Source: Octopus sinensis (taxonomy: Eukaryota). Taken from it: a DNA stretch of 64,000 nucleotides. Position 1 is the first letter of the stretch. Each line of letters opens with the position of its first letter. Below the pieces are notes generated by a model. That model saw nothing but the letters and a program-made list of their open reading frames with translations. It searched no databases and was not told where the DNA came from. The DNA lies in assembly GCF_006345805.1 (NCBI RefSeq), contig NC_042998.1, positions 89,466,001 to 89,530,000 of the forward strand, written 5' to 3'. Positions 14,509 through 28,700 of this stretch are shown here, piece after piece. Both the position numbers and the translations under genes were made by a program.

Positions 14509-15946
14509 CGAATTTGGACTCAAGAATTTCAAAGTAATATACCTAAAAAGAGGCAAGGTACACTCCCTAGCAGGGATAGAATTACCGAATAGCGACCTGA
14601 TTAAGCAAATTGAAACGGAAGGGTACAAATACTTTGTTGTACTAGAGTGCAGCAAGATAATGGAAACCGAAATGAAAGAGCAACTGAAGATGGGATATTT
14701 CGAAGACTGAAGTTGGTGCTGCGCTCAAAATTGACCGGATGGAATAAAATCCAAGCAGTTAATACATGGGCGGTAGCATCTCTTCGCTATGGAGCGGGAA
14801 TTATAAAATAGCAAAAGAGAGAAAGGAAGAAAATGGATACCAAGACCAAAAGAAGATGTTGACAGTACAGTGAGCCTTCCACCCTAAGAGTGACACTGAT
14901 AGGCTGTACTTGTCTAGAAGAAAGAGGGGGATAGGTTTGATCAGTTGCCAGGATTGTATTGAAGCAGAGGAAAACAGCCTAGTGTGGTATATAAAAATGC
15001 CGTGGAGCCACTGTTGAAACACACAAAGGCCAGCGTCATCAAAAATTGTGTAACTAAAGAAAAATTTAAACAAGAAATGAACAAAACAACGAAAAAACAC
15101 GGGAGGAGAAGAAAGTGTAAGGTCAGTTTGCAAGAGATGTGAAGGCCAGGACAGATGCAGAGGACCGGTGGCTATGGGTGAGAAGGAGTCACTTGAAGAT
15201 AGAGACAGAAACACTCATATACGCAGCTCAGGAACAAGCGTTAAAGACCAATTATATGAAGTGCAGTGTTGATAACACTACCGACAGCGGCAAATGCTGA
15301 ATGTATGGTGAGAAGGATGAAACGGTATGGCAAATCGTTAGCGAATACCCGAAATTGGCACAACGCGCATGCAAAAGACGCCATGACAATGTGGCAAGAA
15401 TGATCCATTGAGAGTTCTGTGGAAATCATGGCCTACAAAGAGCAAAGACGTGGTATAAACAAACCCCAGAAGGAGTCACCGAAAATGAGAACTGCAAAAT
15501 CCTGTTGGATGTAATGATTCAGTGCGATTACCTGACCAGACATGGGAAACCGGACATTGTTGTCGTGAAGAAAAAAGAAAGAACATGCATGATTATCGAC
15601 ATAGCATGCCCCGGTGACAACAGGATCAATGTGAAAGAAGAAAAATAAACAATTGCGACGAATTAAAGTTGGAAATACGAAGTTCGTATTCAATGAAGAG
15701 AGTAGACGTGATACTAATAGTAACTGGTGCACTTGGAAGCATCAGCGCTCAACTAGCAACATGGCTGAAAAAGATTGGTGCAAGTGTGAAGGTAGAACAC
15801 CGGCAAAAATCAGTATTGCTTGGAACTGCAATAATTCTTCACAGGGTTGTTCAATCATGACCAGTAAACAAGTTTCACCTTAGGCTGTTGGTTGTGGGCA
15901 GCTGACACTTTCCATGATACCCAGCAAAATAAGCTGTGAGTTTTCA
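14509..15946 (+). mobile_element. R4/Dong-clade fragment, 5'-truncated and decayed (family 4)
   Basis: FGLKNFKVIYLKRGK...EGYKY, KSDTDRLYLSRRKRG, ETLIYAAQEQALR, RRHDNVARMIH, KPDIVVVKK...IIDIACPGD, IVTGALG; many stops and frameshifts. Confidence 0.88.
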
Positions 15947-15950
15947 TATA

Positions 15951-16800
15951 TAAAGTAATTTCTGCTTGTTAATGTGAAGTAAAAGTCAATTATTTTTTTC
16001 ATTCAAACAATGAACTTTAGTCAAATATATATTTTCCGTTTTGTTCGATGACTTTTTGCCATCTTTCTGGTAACTTTATGATTCCGCGTTCATAGAACTT
16101 CTGGTCCTTCTGATCCTTATCAACCAAAAACTGCAGCAAATGCGATTTCAGGTCATCATTATTATTGAAAGTTTTATCATTCAAAGATTTTGCAAAGTTC
16201 GAAATAAATCTGATAGTGCAAGGTCAAGGCTATATGGTGGATGTGACATCACTTCTCAACCAAGCTCCAATAATTTTTCACAAGTTAGCAAAGATGTGAG
16301 TGGTCTAGCTCTGTCATGGTGGAACACGATTCCTTTACGATTTGCCCATTCTGGCCGGTTTTCTTTGATTGCTTCCTCCAGTTTCAATAGTTGTTGATCG
16401 TGAACATCTGGATTCATCTTTCGATGTGGTTTGTGCTGGTTAGTTACGCACAGTCTATGCTCGTTTTTGATTGATGTTATTGTAGACAATCCATCTTTTA
16501 TCACTAGTGATGATTCCTTCCAAAAACAAAGGGTCGATATCATTCTGTTTGAGATGCATAGCGCAAATATTGATTCATTGTGTTAAGTGAATCTCTTTCA
16601 ATTTATGTGGAACCCAAATATCGAGCTTCTTAATGAGTCCAAGACATTTCAAGTGATTTTTCAATTGTTGTGTGTGATACATTTAACCTCTCTGTATCTC
16701 TCGCACAGTTATATGACAATCAGATTCAATCATGGCTTTGATTCGATCATCATTAACTTCAGTAGCTTGACCAAAATGTTGTTCATCTTTGAGTGACATA
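15951..16800 (-). mobile_element. Decayed mariner (mellifera-like) transposase fragment
   Basis: [71 protein letters not shown]. The 5' end is lost into a (TA)n(TAGA)n tract. Confidence 0.9.
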
Positions 16801-16819
16801 CATATAAACATATATAGAT

Positions 16820-16868
<49 letters not shown>

Positions 16869-16871
16869 TAT

Positions 16872-16963
<92 letters not shown>
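16820..16963. repeat. (TA)n/(TAGA)n microsatellite
   Basis: Direct reading of the sequence. Confidence 0.95.
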
Positions 16964-16964
<1 letters not shown>

Positions 16965-17204
16965 TTTTTTGTTTTTTTTTTTTACTTTTGTCATTGTTAA
17001 CATTTTTAGCAGAAATCTTCAGGTTATCCACAAAGAAATAATAGGTCACATTAATATCTTTAGCAGCTGCAGGCCCATGTATGTAGCCATTTGATTTTTA
17101 TCTATCAGAAATGATAATGGTTTAAATGACACAATGAACAAAATTACAGAAAGGCTATCTCCTTGCAATTATCCCTTGCAAATGTTTATGACATTGGAGA
17201 CGAT

Positions 17205-17485
17205 TGTATGTACGCGTGTATGTATGTATGTATGTATGTATGTGTGTATGTATGTATGTATGTATGTATGTATGTATGGATGGATGGATGGATGGATGTT
17301 TGTATATATGTATGTATGTATGTATGCATGTATGTATGTTTGTATGTATGTATGTATGTATGTATGTATGTATGTATGTTTGTATGTATGTGTGTGTGTG
17401 TGCGTATGTATGTATGTATGTATGTATGTATGTATGTATGTATGTATGTGTATGTATGTATGTATGTATGCATGTTTGTATGTAT
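17205..17485. repeat. (TATG)n compound microsatellite
   Basis: Direct reading of the sequence. Confidence 0.95.
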
Positions 17486-20114
17486 CATTTAACATACAAA
17501 GGATTTAAATGCGAAGTGCTGCTACTTTTATGAGTCTGCTAATGCAATGGTCGGGCAAGTTTGTATGTTGTGTATTATCAGAAGCATGAAACTAAGTTCG
17601 CATTGAAATCCAGTGTATGGTAAATTATATTTATCTCCTACTGAATGAAATAGTTTTTGTTGATTTCACCAATAACGAAACAGTACATTGTATATTTATG
17701 CGTGAACTTGTATGTATGAGCATACGTGCGCGTGTGCATGAGTGTCCATGTGCGTATGTATGAGTGCTTTTGATGGTTCGTCACTTATTAGCTATATATA
17801 CTTTAGTGAAAACACCGCGTTGATCAGAAGAACTGAAATAAATGTAAATGTAAATATGTTAATTCAGCAATCTAGTTCGGTACCAGGTTAATATATGTCT
17901 GCTACACGGATACGCCTTCTCTGAGTAGCAGTAAATAAATGCAGTCAGAGGACCACATTTCTCGCGTACGAAAAGTATAATTTTAATGTGTTTTCCTTCT
18001 TAGCTCTCAGAGCTAAAACTACATTTGGTGTTACAAACTAGAGAGTAAAAACTCAACTCTTGAGTCAGAGTATATGTAACCTTTTATTAGCTGCGATTAC
18101 CACAAGAATGACTCAAATACCTAGAGTTTTGTGCCAAGACAATTGTCAGATATTTACGCATACACAATATGTTAATCTCTTCTGCTTTTAGAATATGTTT
18201 AAAATAAGAATTTAGAGATTGTGTTATTTTTAACTATGATCTTAATGAGGAATTTCAACCTTAATGGGAAATTTAAACACTTTAAATTATGTATTGTTTT
18301 GCATTATAATAATCAGTATTAAGGATTCTGCATTTACGTTTTCCTTATAGTTGATATTTTACAAAGAAAACACGTATAATATTGTCATGTAACTAGGATT
18401 TAATTCTTGAAAATATCTTTATTTCAGCTGCTCTGTACATCATTACTTTAATATAAATGCTTGTGAAAACAAAGCAAAACACCGACATATCAATTTTGTA
18501 GGTATGATTCTGAAATTGGAATGAAAATGATTTTAAACAAATTACTTGCGTTAGTATAATTACTCATCAGTGTACGATTTATTTTTACCGCACTAAGAAT
18601 ATATAACTAGAATCTACAACAACTAAAACAGATGTTTGCTAGTCGCGGAATGCTTCAAAGTATTGCCAAGATTGTTGCAGTTTCAAGGTTGTACTAAGTG
18701 TATTGTAAAACACATCAAGTATCCACAAGTTTATGACTGCCTTCTAAAATGATGTATAATACTTCACTGGTGTTACTTCAAGTCCATTAAAATATTTTCT
18801 CTCAAACTTTGATGACAGTTTCTTACGCTTTATTCAGTTGACAAAAATGTCGTGCTGTTTTGCCTGGTGGTTAACTACCCAGTTTCTGCAAAGAAAGCTT
18901 ATGCAAACAGAATTGAGTATGCTATTCACTAAGCAAAAATGTATTACTCAAGTTCCCATGTACCAAGCATTGTTGTGGAGAAAGACTGTCAATTATTTTG
19001 GTTTTACGCAAACTTAAGTCTTGCATTGCAAGGATATACAGACCGAAATGAATAGTGTACCAATACTGTTAGGGGGTTCTTCATTCATCTATCATTTGTC
19101 ATGTACATTGTTTTTCTCTTAAAAGTTAACATTTGGGTATTCCATCAGCACATAATGTTAGTACCATGATACATTACATTTTCCTGTTTCCTTTTAGTGT
19201 CTTTTATCTATAGTTTTATTGATTAATACATCAAAGTATAAAGGACTTTCATTCATTTCCCTCCATTGGAAACAAATGAAAAGAAGTATCTTCTCTTACC
19301 TACACAGGAAAAGCATACATTTTCCTCTCAAACTCATTGGGCATTCTTTAAGAGCCACAGTAGGTCTCATTATTAGGTTTTCCTTACGGTATATAATATG
19401 ACACTTTACAATCTATGTTCACTTCTAGGTGGGTTCACTTCGTCTAGGTTCACTTTGTCACTCATCCTTCTGTGGTCGATAAAACAAAGTACGATTCAAA
19501 AATTAGGATCAATGGTTTTGTGAGTTACATGAAGCAATAGTACAATGGTGCATTGCTAGTAAACAACGTCAGCACGTCGGAAAAATAACTTGCTGGATTT
19601 GTCGCAGCGCTTCATGACCAGTGGAATTTGAATTCAGGCTGCAGAGAGTTGGAACAATAATTCGAAGCATTTTATCTGACGCTCATACAATTTTACCAAT
19701 TGTTGCATGCATATGTGCGGGCGTTCATGCGTGAAAATGTGTGTATGTGAGTGTGTGTGTGTGCGTGTGGGTGTGTGTCTGCGTGCGTGGTTTTTTATGC
19801 GTTTCTAGGTATACATACATTTATTTCGACTACACATGATAGACCAAAGAGATAATGACATCAGTCCAGAGTCTATAGTAGAAATAGAGTTCTTATGTAA
19901 GCTATAACCGACAACTCTCAACATACTCATCCACATAGAAGCAAATACGTACCATGAGAAAGAACTGCCAACGAAGGATAATTTGAATCACTAAATTGCG
20001 GGTAAGCAAACAAATCAACACCGTTGAGCAAGAAACTCAAATCAAGCAAACATACATAATTATTCATAGATGAAAGAGAAAGAGAGATTATATGTAAGTA
20101 TGATCATATATATA

Positions 20115-20169
<55 letters not shown>

Positions 20170-20619
20170 GATGGATTTATATATGTATGCATGCATGTGT
20201 GTATACATGGAGCTATAAGAGTTCACAAGACTTGAAAATAGTTTGCATTTTTGCTTGACAACTTCTGTGCAGTTATTGTGAGTGACAAGCTGCGTATTCC
20301 ATTTTTGCTGGATTCCGTGGATCCTTTTCTCCCGGTATCAGGAGCCAGGATTTGAGCCTGGAATGCACATAACCGAAATTGATATCGTAAAACAGTGGAT
20401 CCGACTTTCCACCAATCTACTGCCCTGAACTAATATTTCGTCTCCGAAAGAAATGTAACATAAAGTGGAAGGAAGTGAACTAAATGCGCACAGAGCAGGA
20501 GAAAATACTGCGATAAATTCGATCCAACGAATCTCAAGACTCTTATACGTGCGCTCGCGCAGTTACATACACATTCGTATATACCTATATATTTGCCTGT
20601 CTGTATATATAGATACTCA

Positions 20620-20775
20620 TACGCAGACACACATACACAGACAGACAGATAGATAACTGATTGATACTTGGATGTAGATACATACATACATACATACATA
20701 CATACATACATACATACATACATACATACATACGTACATACATACATACATACATACATAAACTCATACGCACAC
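20620..20775. repeat. (TACA)n/(CAGA)n microsatellite
   Basis: Direct reading of the sequence. Confidence 0.9.
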
Positions 20776-21725
20776 AGTAGACATGATGCATGCAGTATAT
20801 ACACATCCGAGAGTCGTATGCATAAATGTACCGATATTTAAGCAGTAAATCTCATTATGCGTTTGTGCACTTAGGTACTTGTTTGTTAGTTTACAATAGA
20901 TTTTCGTGTGAAAACACGTGTTATAGACATGATAGCGACCATAAATTTGTTAAGTGGTTTCAGATTTTAACACTTAAAAATGTCTTATCGTGCTCACTAT
21001 GATGAAATGCAAAACATAATCGCAGCAAGTAATTGTTATCGACTTGAATGACTTGCATAAATTATCTATTAATATCATAAATCATAGAGTAACTGTTCTG
21101 TTCATTTGATCTCGTTTCAGTATTGGAAAGCTACTGGTTTTCTCGCTTTTAGTGTGGTTGTTTCGTTTATTTGTAAACCACAGTCAAAATCTGTGAAATT
21201 TTGCGCGACGAATATTTGGCGATGACTTTCAATTAAGCCCTCGTGTTGTGTGTCAATCACCTTCTGTCCACTATTTGGCTTGCTAGAAACAACAGAAATA
21301 TTTCCCTCAAACTTTAGTCTACTATTTAAAAAAGCAATACAATTTCGATAGTGCAAGCAGACATATTAAACATAAAAAAATACAAGCATAGTAGCTAGTT
21401 GGAAAATATCTATAAGAGATGAAATTAGAAACTATAATGAGAAGTAGTGTTTATCGTCATATCAATATGGCTGTTCGATGTTACTACCATTTTTAACCCA
21501 GGAAGAGCCTTCTCCAGCTGGTTATCGATGAAATCTGCACCCGGTATATATTGCGAGCAGGGGAGCGAAACCCTACCATCTTGTAGCTGACGAGAGGATC
21601 ATCAGACCAAACAGTTTCGGGCTATTTGTGCACATAGTCAATGGTGAAAACAAGGTCACTAGATCAGTGACTGGCTGTCGCTTGGTTTTCAATTTATTGC
21701 GAGCTGGAGCGAATTCCTGTTATCT

Positions 21726-21772
<47 letters not shown>

Positions 21773-22784
21773 CGTTAACATGTGCGCTTGGAGTTAGATT
21801 AAGGTCCGTCCTCGTTAAGGGACGTTTAAGTCACTACTCTTCCTTCATAGTGGTCAGTCTACCACAGTTCTTTTCGATTCTGCCTAAGTGGTCCTTTTGA
21901 ATTTAAGGTCTTCTTGTGATATCCGGCACGGCACCAGGTAATCTTGAGTTGGTCGTTCTTTTTCTATTTTTTTTCTCTCGGTGACCATGTCATCCCAGTT
22001 TTTGCTTATCAATTGGCTTTGGGGAGCAAAATGTAATATGTCAGACGAAACTAATGCAGCATCACGATCTTCTGCCGCGGTTAGAATTAGCTGCTCAGAA
22101 ATATTTCCTTATTTGTAAATTACCGCAAATTGATTTTGAGGAGATGCATACACTGGTATCTTACAGCACATTTAGATAGATTAGTTAGTGTCACACTGGA
22201 ACAAAATCTAGTCTAGTGATTACGTTTCAGCAATTATATTCCAGCAGATAGTTTTGCTTTCCGAATTTATAGAATTTATATGTGATAACCTTCTTTTTGT
22301 TATGTTAACATTCAGGATTTAGGCAAGAACTTGAGTTAGTCATTGTAGCCTCAATATTACATTGTTCAAGTACTTTAATAAGTATTTTTCCTCCTAACGT
22401 TGAATGCACTTCCAGTTGGTTAAGCAATATTTTGAACAACCAAAATCTTAATGAGGAAAATGGATTCAATCAAATTATTAGTAATACTTGGTGTTTTGTA
22501 TTATAGGTCATTCAGTCCATAGTCCTCCGCTAGGATTCTATTTTGATTATGGTAACTGAAGAGTTTCCCTGAGTTTTAATAATGAAATATGAAGAAGACT
22601 GTTTCATGAGTGATACGAGTAAGAATCGCCTAAGACGGTGGTTTCCAACCAGTCTTTCCATTTTATTCATGGTCCTCTCTCTAAATTTAATTTCATTATG
22701 TGGCATATTTATTAATTGTGGTTGTATGACACATAAACAAAGTAGCTGTAGTAGGTTGCAAAAGCGAACATAATATGCAGATTG

Positions 22785-23180
22785 AAGGCAGCGAGCTAGA
22801 AGAATTGTTAACACCAGGGAAAATGTTTAGCGGTATTTCGTCTGCCGTTACGTTCTGAGTTCAAATTCCGCCGAGGTCGACTTTGCCTTTTATCCTTTCG
22901 GAGTTGATAAATTAAGTACCAGTTACGCACTGGGGTCGATATAATCGACTTAGTCCGTTTCTCTGTCCTTGTTTGTCCCTTCTGTGTTTAGCCCCTTATG
23001 GGTAGTAAAGAAATAGGTCTTTTGTCTGCCATTACGTTCCGAGTTCAAATTCCACCGAGGTTAACTTTGTCTTTCATCTTTTCGGGATTGATAAAATAAC
23101 TTCTATTTCAACACTGGGGTCAATTTAATCGTCTTATCGCCTCTCCCAAAATTTTGAGCCAAAATTTGAACTCAATATCA
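22785..23180 (+). mobile_element. Octopus tRNA-derived SINE (family B), dimeric copy
   Basis: Head GGCAGCGAGCTAG, B-box-like GAGTTCAAATTCC and body GTCGACTTTGCC..CATC.TTTCGG..TTGATAAA; the B-box/body block occurs twice (about 22835 and 23020). Confidence 0.9.
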
Positions 23181-24069
23181 ATATGCAAACATAATTGTAT
23201 ATTTTCAAATTAAATTGCATAAAGACATAAAAATGCTGCAGAAGCATGAGGTACAAGGGTTACCAGTAATTAACTTTAATAATGTGTCATTTATTTACAA
23301 ACATATTTTTAAAAAATGAAAATACAATATATAGAACAAGTTATATTGATATGATTGGGAATTTATTCGGCGAAAACCCTATGGTTGTGCAAAATTCCCA
23401 AGTTTGGGAATATCTGGCCACAGCTATGTTACTTTGAAATGAAATTTATTTGTTACAATATGAAGGTGGGCTAAAGTTAGCAACTAAGAAATAAGAGCTA
23501 GGTAGAACTATAACATACAACTTTCATTTAAAATAGTAGGAACTTCAAAGCGATTTCAATATTCTCCATAGATATTTTTGCCATGTTTGAAACTGGCATG
23601 AACTATTTCACCACAATAAGTTGGCAAGTCTTTTCTGTAATAACATCTTCTGCATTTATACCAAATTGACCCACTATCCAGCTTTGAGTTGTCTTTACCA
23701 AATCTCTGGTAAGGCTTCAAATACTCAATTATCTCAGAAGATTACCATCTTGTAACTGAATGGCAATGGTTGCAATAGTTGGAAACTACACCGACTCGAT
23801 ATAGTCAATATCGGTAGCAGCAGATTTCGTCTTCGCATGTGGTTGGTAGTGCGTACACGCTACTGATGAAGCGCAACGATATGAAAATGCGCATCATAGC
23901 ATTCTTATCTGCCGCTGCCGGACAATTTTCGTGTGCTACGAAAATACTTTGTGTTTTTACACACAATACGTTCATAAAGATACTATCTCCGGATGAATAC
24001 CGCAGTAAATTTTCTTTTTAATGATGTATGTACAATCACTATGATAGCTATATAATATATATAATATAT

Positions 24070-24342
24070 TTCTTTTATCTTTTACTTGTTTCAGTCATTT
24101 GGCTGCAGCCATGCTGGGGTACCGCCTTGAAAGTTTTTACTCGAAGGAATCGACTACAGGACGTTTTTTGTAACCCTAGTATTTATTCTATCGGTCACTT
24201 TGCTAAAACACTAAGTTACGGGATCGTAAATATACCAACACCGGTTGTCAAGGGGTGATGGGGAACAAACACAGATACAAACACACACACACATATATGG
24301 CGGGCTTCTTTCAGCTTCCCTCGACCAGATTCACTCACAAGA
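24070..24342 (-). mobile_element. Octopus SINE family A, partial
   Basis: Matches 3845-4275 (CAGTCATTTGGCTGCAGCCATGCTGGG...CTAAGTTACGGG...GTTGTCAAG...CGGGCTTCTTTCAG). Confidence 0.85.
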
Positions 24343-24875
24343 ATTATGCAACAAAAGTAGAACTAAATTAAAAGTACCATCTGTGTATGTATCACTAAGA
24401 GCCAAATTAACTGCAGTGGTCGTTCGGGGACAGTATCGTTTGTGGACGCACTATATTAAACAACACTAATCATATCAATATAAACATTGTTCAGCAGCAA
24501 TGCTAAGGATCTTAGATGCGCATTTACACCTTTTTAGGCTTTGTCAGTAACACGTACGTACTGGCAATCGCATGCCTAGACAAAATCTGTTATCACTAAT
24601 ATAGGAAAACAGTGATTGACAAATCTCTGGCATTGCAGTCAGCTGGTTGAATGGATCTGGTTTTCGTAATGTATTTACATTAATCATGATAGGTAGGTAG
24701 CTATTTTAATCTAATACTATTTCTGTTGCACATGACGGAGTTTCACTCAGCCGATAGGTTAATTGCAATAGTGATTTTTCAATCACTATTTTCTGTATTA
24801 TCATTATATATATATTATCCACCTGTATATACGTGTGCATATATACACATATATATGTATATGTATATGTGTGTG

Positions 24876-24927
<52 letters not shown>

Positions 24928-24980
24928 TATGGTAATGCAAATAGGAGAAACAGAACTCAAAATATGAGTACATGTATATT

Positions 24981-25059
24981 TTTGTTAATATTTAGCAGAA
25001 GCAACAGAGTGACTCAAAAAATCTGAGTCACTCTGTTGCTTCTGCTAAATATTAACAAA
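24981..25059. repeat. Perfect 36-bp inverted repeat with a 7-nt loop
   Basis: TTTGTTAATATTTAGCAGAAGCAACAGAGTGACTCA-aaaaatc-TGAGTCACTCTGTTGCTTCTGCTAAATATTAACAAA. Confidence 0.97.
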
Positions 25060-25060
25060 C

Positions 25061-25106
<46 letters not shown>

Positions 25107-25669
25107 ATCTATTTATATATATATATATACAGCGAGAAAAAATGTACAAGTACACGCCTATAACTAGACTCTATATACTACACTAAATTCTTCTTTAAAT
25201 GCAACAGTTACGTATTCACCTAACTGGATGATTAAATGGAAATAAAACGTTATATCATAACTTAAGTTGAAAGAAAACAAAATCACCTACACGAAGCCGA
25301 ATTGTAGTAAACTGAATTTACATCCAATGCTGCGTTCTTTTAGTCTTTGGGTGTAACCAAAAACCGTCATAAAAATTGTTAAATGCCATTATTTTGCATG
25401 TTATTGTCTTCCAGTAGAAAGAATGTAACATGATGTGTGTAACAAGCTGGTTGTACATATGGCAGTTAATTTTTGTATAGTCTTCTCAGAACACGTTCCA
25501 TAAAAATGTTATATTCTTCTATACACCATAAGCGCCATCTGGTGTTCATATATAGAGACCATCGATTTTTTTTTAGTTCTTCAGTGTCCATTTGAATCTG
25601 AAACACCTACTGTATGCATATAAAACCAGTTTACTGATTATTAGCGCATAATAAATAAACCACTGGATA

Positions 25670-25687
25670 ACAATAATAATAATAATG

Positions 25688-25763
<76 letters not shown>

Positions 25764-25798
25764 TAATAATAATAATAATAATGATAATAATAATAATA
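25670..25798. repeat. (TAA)n microsatellite, 5' flank of the R4 element
   Basis: Direct reading of the sequence. Confidence 0.95.
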
Positions 25799-28700
25799 CC
25801 CCACAACCGGAATATTCCAACAGATGGCCATCCATGCTCATCACCAAATAATCAAAAGAAAAAGAAGGAAAAATGGTCTAGGGAAGATAATAAAGAAGTT
25901 CTTGAAGCCTTCTACCATGCCATATATTTCCCCACAGATAAATCTAACACTGTACAAGCATACTTAAACTGGAGACAGAAACACCCTGAAGTAAGACCCT
26001 ATATAGACAGTAACAAACTTGCCAACGTCAGAAGAAACATTATATAAAAAAAAAATTACTGACTGAAGTAGAGATTGATCAAGTTAGACAAGCAATATCG
26101 GATAAAATGAACGAAGCTGCAGCTAGAGAAGATAATACAGAGGAAATAATTATAGACCAGCCCAGGGCTGATAAAAACGAAGTGAGGATTGAAAGAGTTA
26201 GTATAAGTGATAGGCAAAGTGAAATACTCCCTGAACCAATCATAAACACTAAGACAGATGAGCATCAAATAGATAAAGAAAGTCACACAAATATTGACCC
26301 AAAAGAACTACATGAGCTAAAAAATCAAATCATGATTGAATGGCTGAAAATTAAAGAAACCAGCATGGATGAACGTGATACACTCCCTAAAATCCGCAAC
26401 TCTAACCAAAACATGAAAATAATTGGTAAAATCAGCTAATGATGTTGATATCACAAACCTCAACCACCTATACTATGCATCCGCGAAAATCTCAACGATC
26501 CTATGTGGTGTAAAGATTAGAAAACGGCAACATTCCCACAAAAAGCCTTCTTGGCAAGAGCGTCTGCAACAACAAATTAAAATATTTAGATCTGACATTG
26601 AATATTTGAAAAACCTTAAGGCTCACACAACTACCAAACCTACAAAAGCCCAAAAATTACTGAAAAAATACAATATGAAAACTATACTTGATATTGATGC
26701 CACCATAGACACCATCAAACAAAAGCTATCTGCCAAAGCTGCCCGCATAGCGAGGTATGAAAAGCGTGTTAGATTTTTCAAGGACAACAACATGTTCAAA
26801 AATAACCCCAAGAATTTTTACAGGAAGATAGGAAAAACAGCGTTTACTGCAAGGTCTGTACCATCAAAAGAAGAAGTGCAGGGATTTTGGAATAAAATCT
26901 GGGCAGAAGAAAAAACACACAACGAAAAGGCCCCCTGAATTGACAGAATATCTACAGAACTGGACCCCTTAGAAGAGCAAAACTGGGAGGGTGTCAAGGT
27001 AGAAGATATAAGATCTGCTCTCAGGAGGTCAGCAAATGGAAGTCTCCAGGAAAGGATAAAATTCCTAACTTCTGGCTGAATGCCTTCCCAGAGAACCACG
27101 AACTGCTAACAGAACTGTACAATGATGTTTTGCAGCACCCTAGTAGGATGCCTCCTTGGCTAGTTAATGCGTTAACATTCCTGCTTCCAAAAAGTGAAGA
27201 AACAAATGAACCAAAAAACTATAGACCCATAACCTGCTTAACAACTATGTACAAAACGCTAACATCTGTCCTGACGGAATATACCTATAGTTTTTTAACA
27301 GACAGCAGCATATTCCCTAATGAACAGAAAGGATGTAAACGTGGATCCTACGGCTGTAAAGACCAACTACTCATCAATAAGATGATCTTAGAAGACTGTC
27401 ACAAACGACACAAAAACTTATCAATAGCCTGGATAGACTATAAAAAGGCTTTTGATAGCCTACCACATAGCTGGATTAGGAAATGCCTGGAAATGTATAA
27501 GATAGCACCTACTCTGCGAAACTTCTTGACTGTAAGTATGAGATCATGGAGAACCACACTAACTCTGAACAGTGACAATGAATCCCTAAATGCTGGTGAT
27601 GTAAAAATTTCGTGTGACATTTTCCAGGGTGACTCACTGTCACCACTCCTCTTTTGTTTATCCTTAATACCTCTCTCAAAGCTGCTCAATGACGCGCAGT
27701 ACGGGTATAAAATGTTTGATAAAAATATAAATCATCTCATTTACATGGATGATTTAAAGCTTTTTGCAAAAAATGACCAACAACTCAAGGGCTTACTAGC
27801 GATAGTCAAACAATTCAGTGACGACATCAGAATGCAATTCGGCCTCGATAAATGTGCAAAAGCTACCTTTATCAAAGGAAAAATGACAGAAACATCTAAC
27901 GTTAACCTTGACCAGCAGAATGTCATAAAAGAACTAGACCCAGCGGAGAGCTACAAGTACCTAGGGGTAATTGAAGGGAACGGAATAAGGCATTCAGAGA
28001 TGAAGGAAAGGATCAGGAGAGAATGCTATCGAAGAGTGAGAGCAATACTCAAGACAGAGCTGAATGCAAGAAACAGGATCGAAGCGATCAATGCATTAGC
28101 CATACCAGTCGTGACATACAGTTTCAATATCATTAACTGGTCAATTACTGAAATATGTCAGCTCGACAGAAAAATAAGGAAACTGTTGACAATGCATAGA
28201 ATGCACCACCCTAAGGCAGATACAGAACGACTCTATCTGCCAAGAAAAGAGGGAGGCCGTGGTCTTTTGCAACTGGCAATAACAATGAAGATTGCTACAA
28301 TTGGCCTAGACACCTACCTGAAAAACTCTGAGGTCTGGATGTTAAAACTTGTCTCAAAACATGAAAACAAGAAAGCATCATACTCAGTCACAAAACAGGC
28401 AAAGGAATATCTAAGTGAATTCCGAATACAACAAATTTCGGAATTAGAGATAGACATACAAGAAACAAGCACAGAAAAAGCTAGGCGCATGAAAACCCGT
28501 GCCAAATCTGCGGCCTTAGATATTCTGAATAATAAATGGCAAGAAAAACCTCTCTATGGCAAATACCCAAAGAGAGCGAATAATGCAGATATTGACAAAG
28601 CCCTGACCCATCAATGGCTAATGGCCTCTGGCTTAAAATCTGAAACAGAGGGGTTTATCATAGCAGCTCAAGATCAATGCCTACCAACAAGAAACTACCA

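Noticed and set aside
23560-23760. hAT-like peptide on the minus strand (FGINAEDVITEK...VSNMAK)
   Set aside because: Resemblance too weak and short, interrupted by a stop, no TIRs seen.
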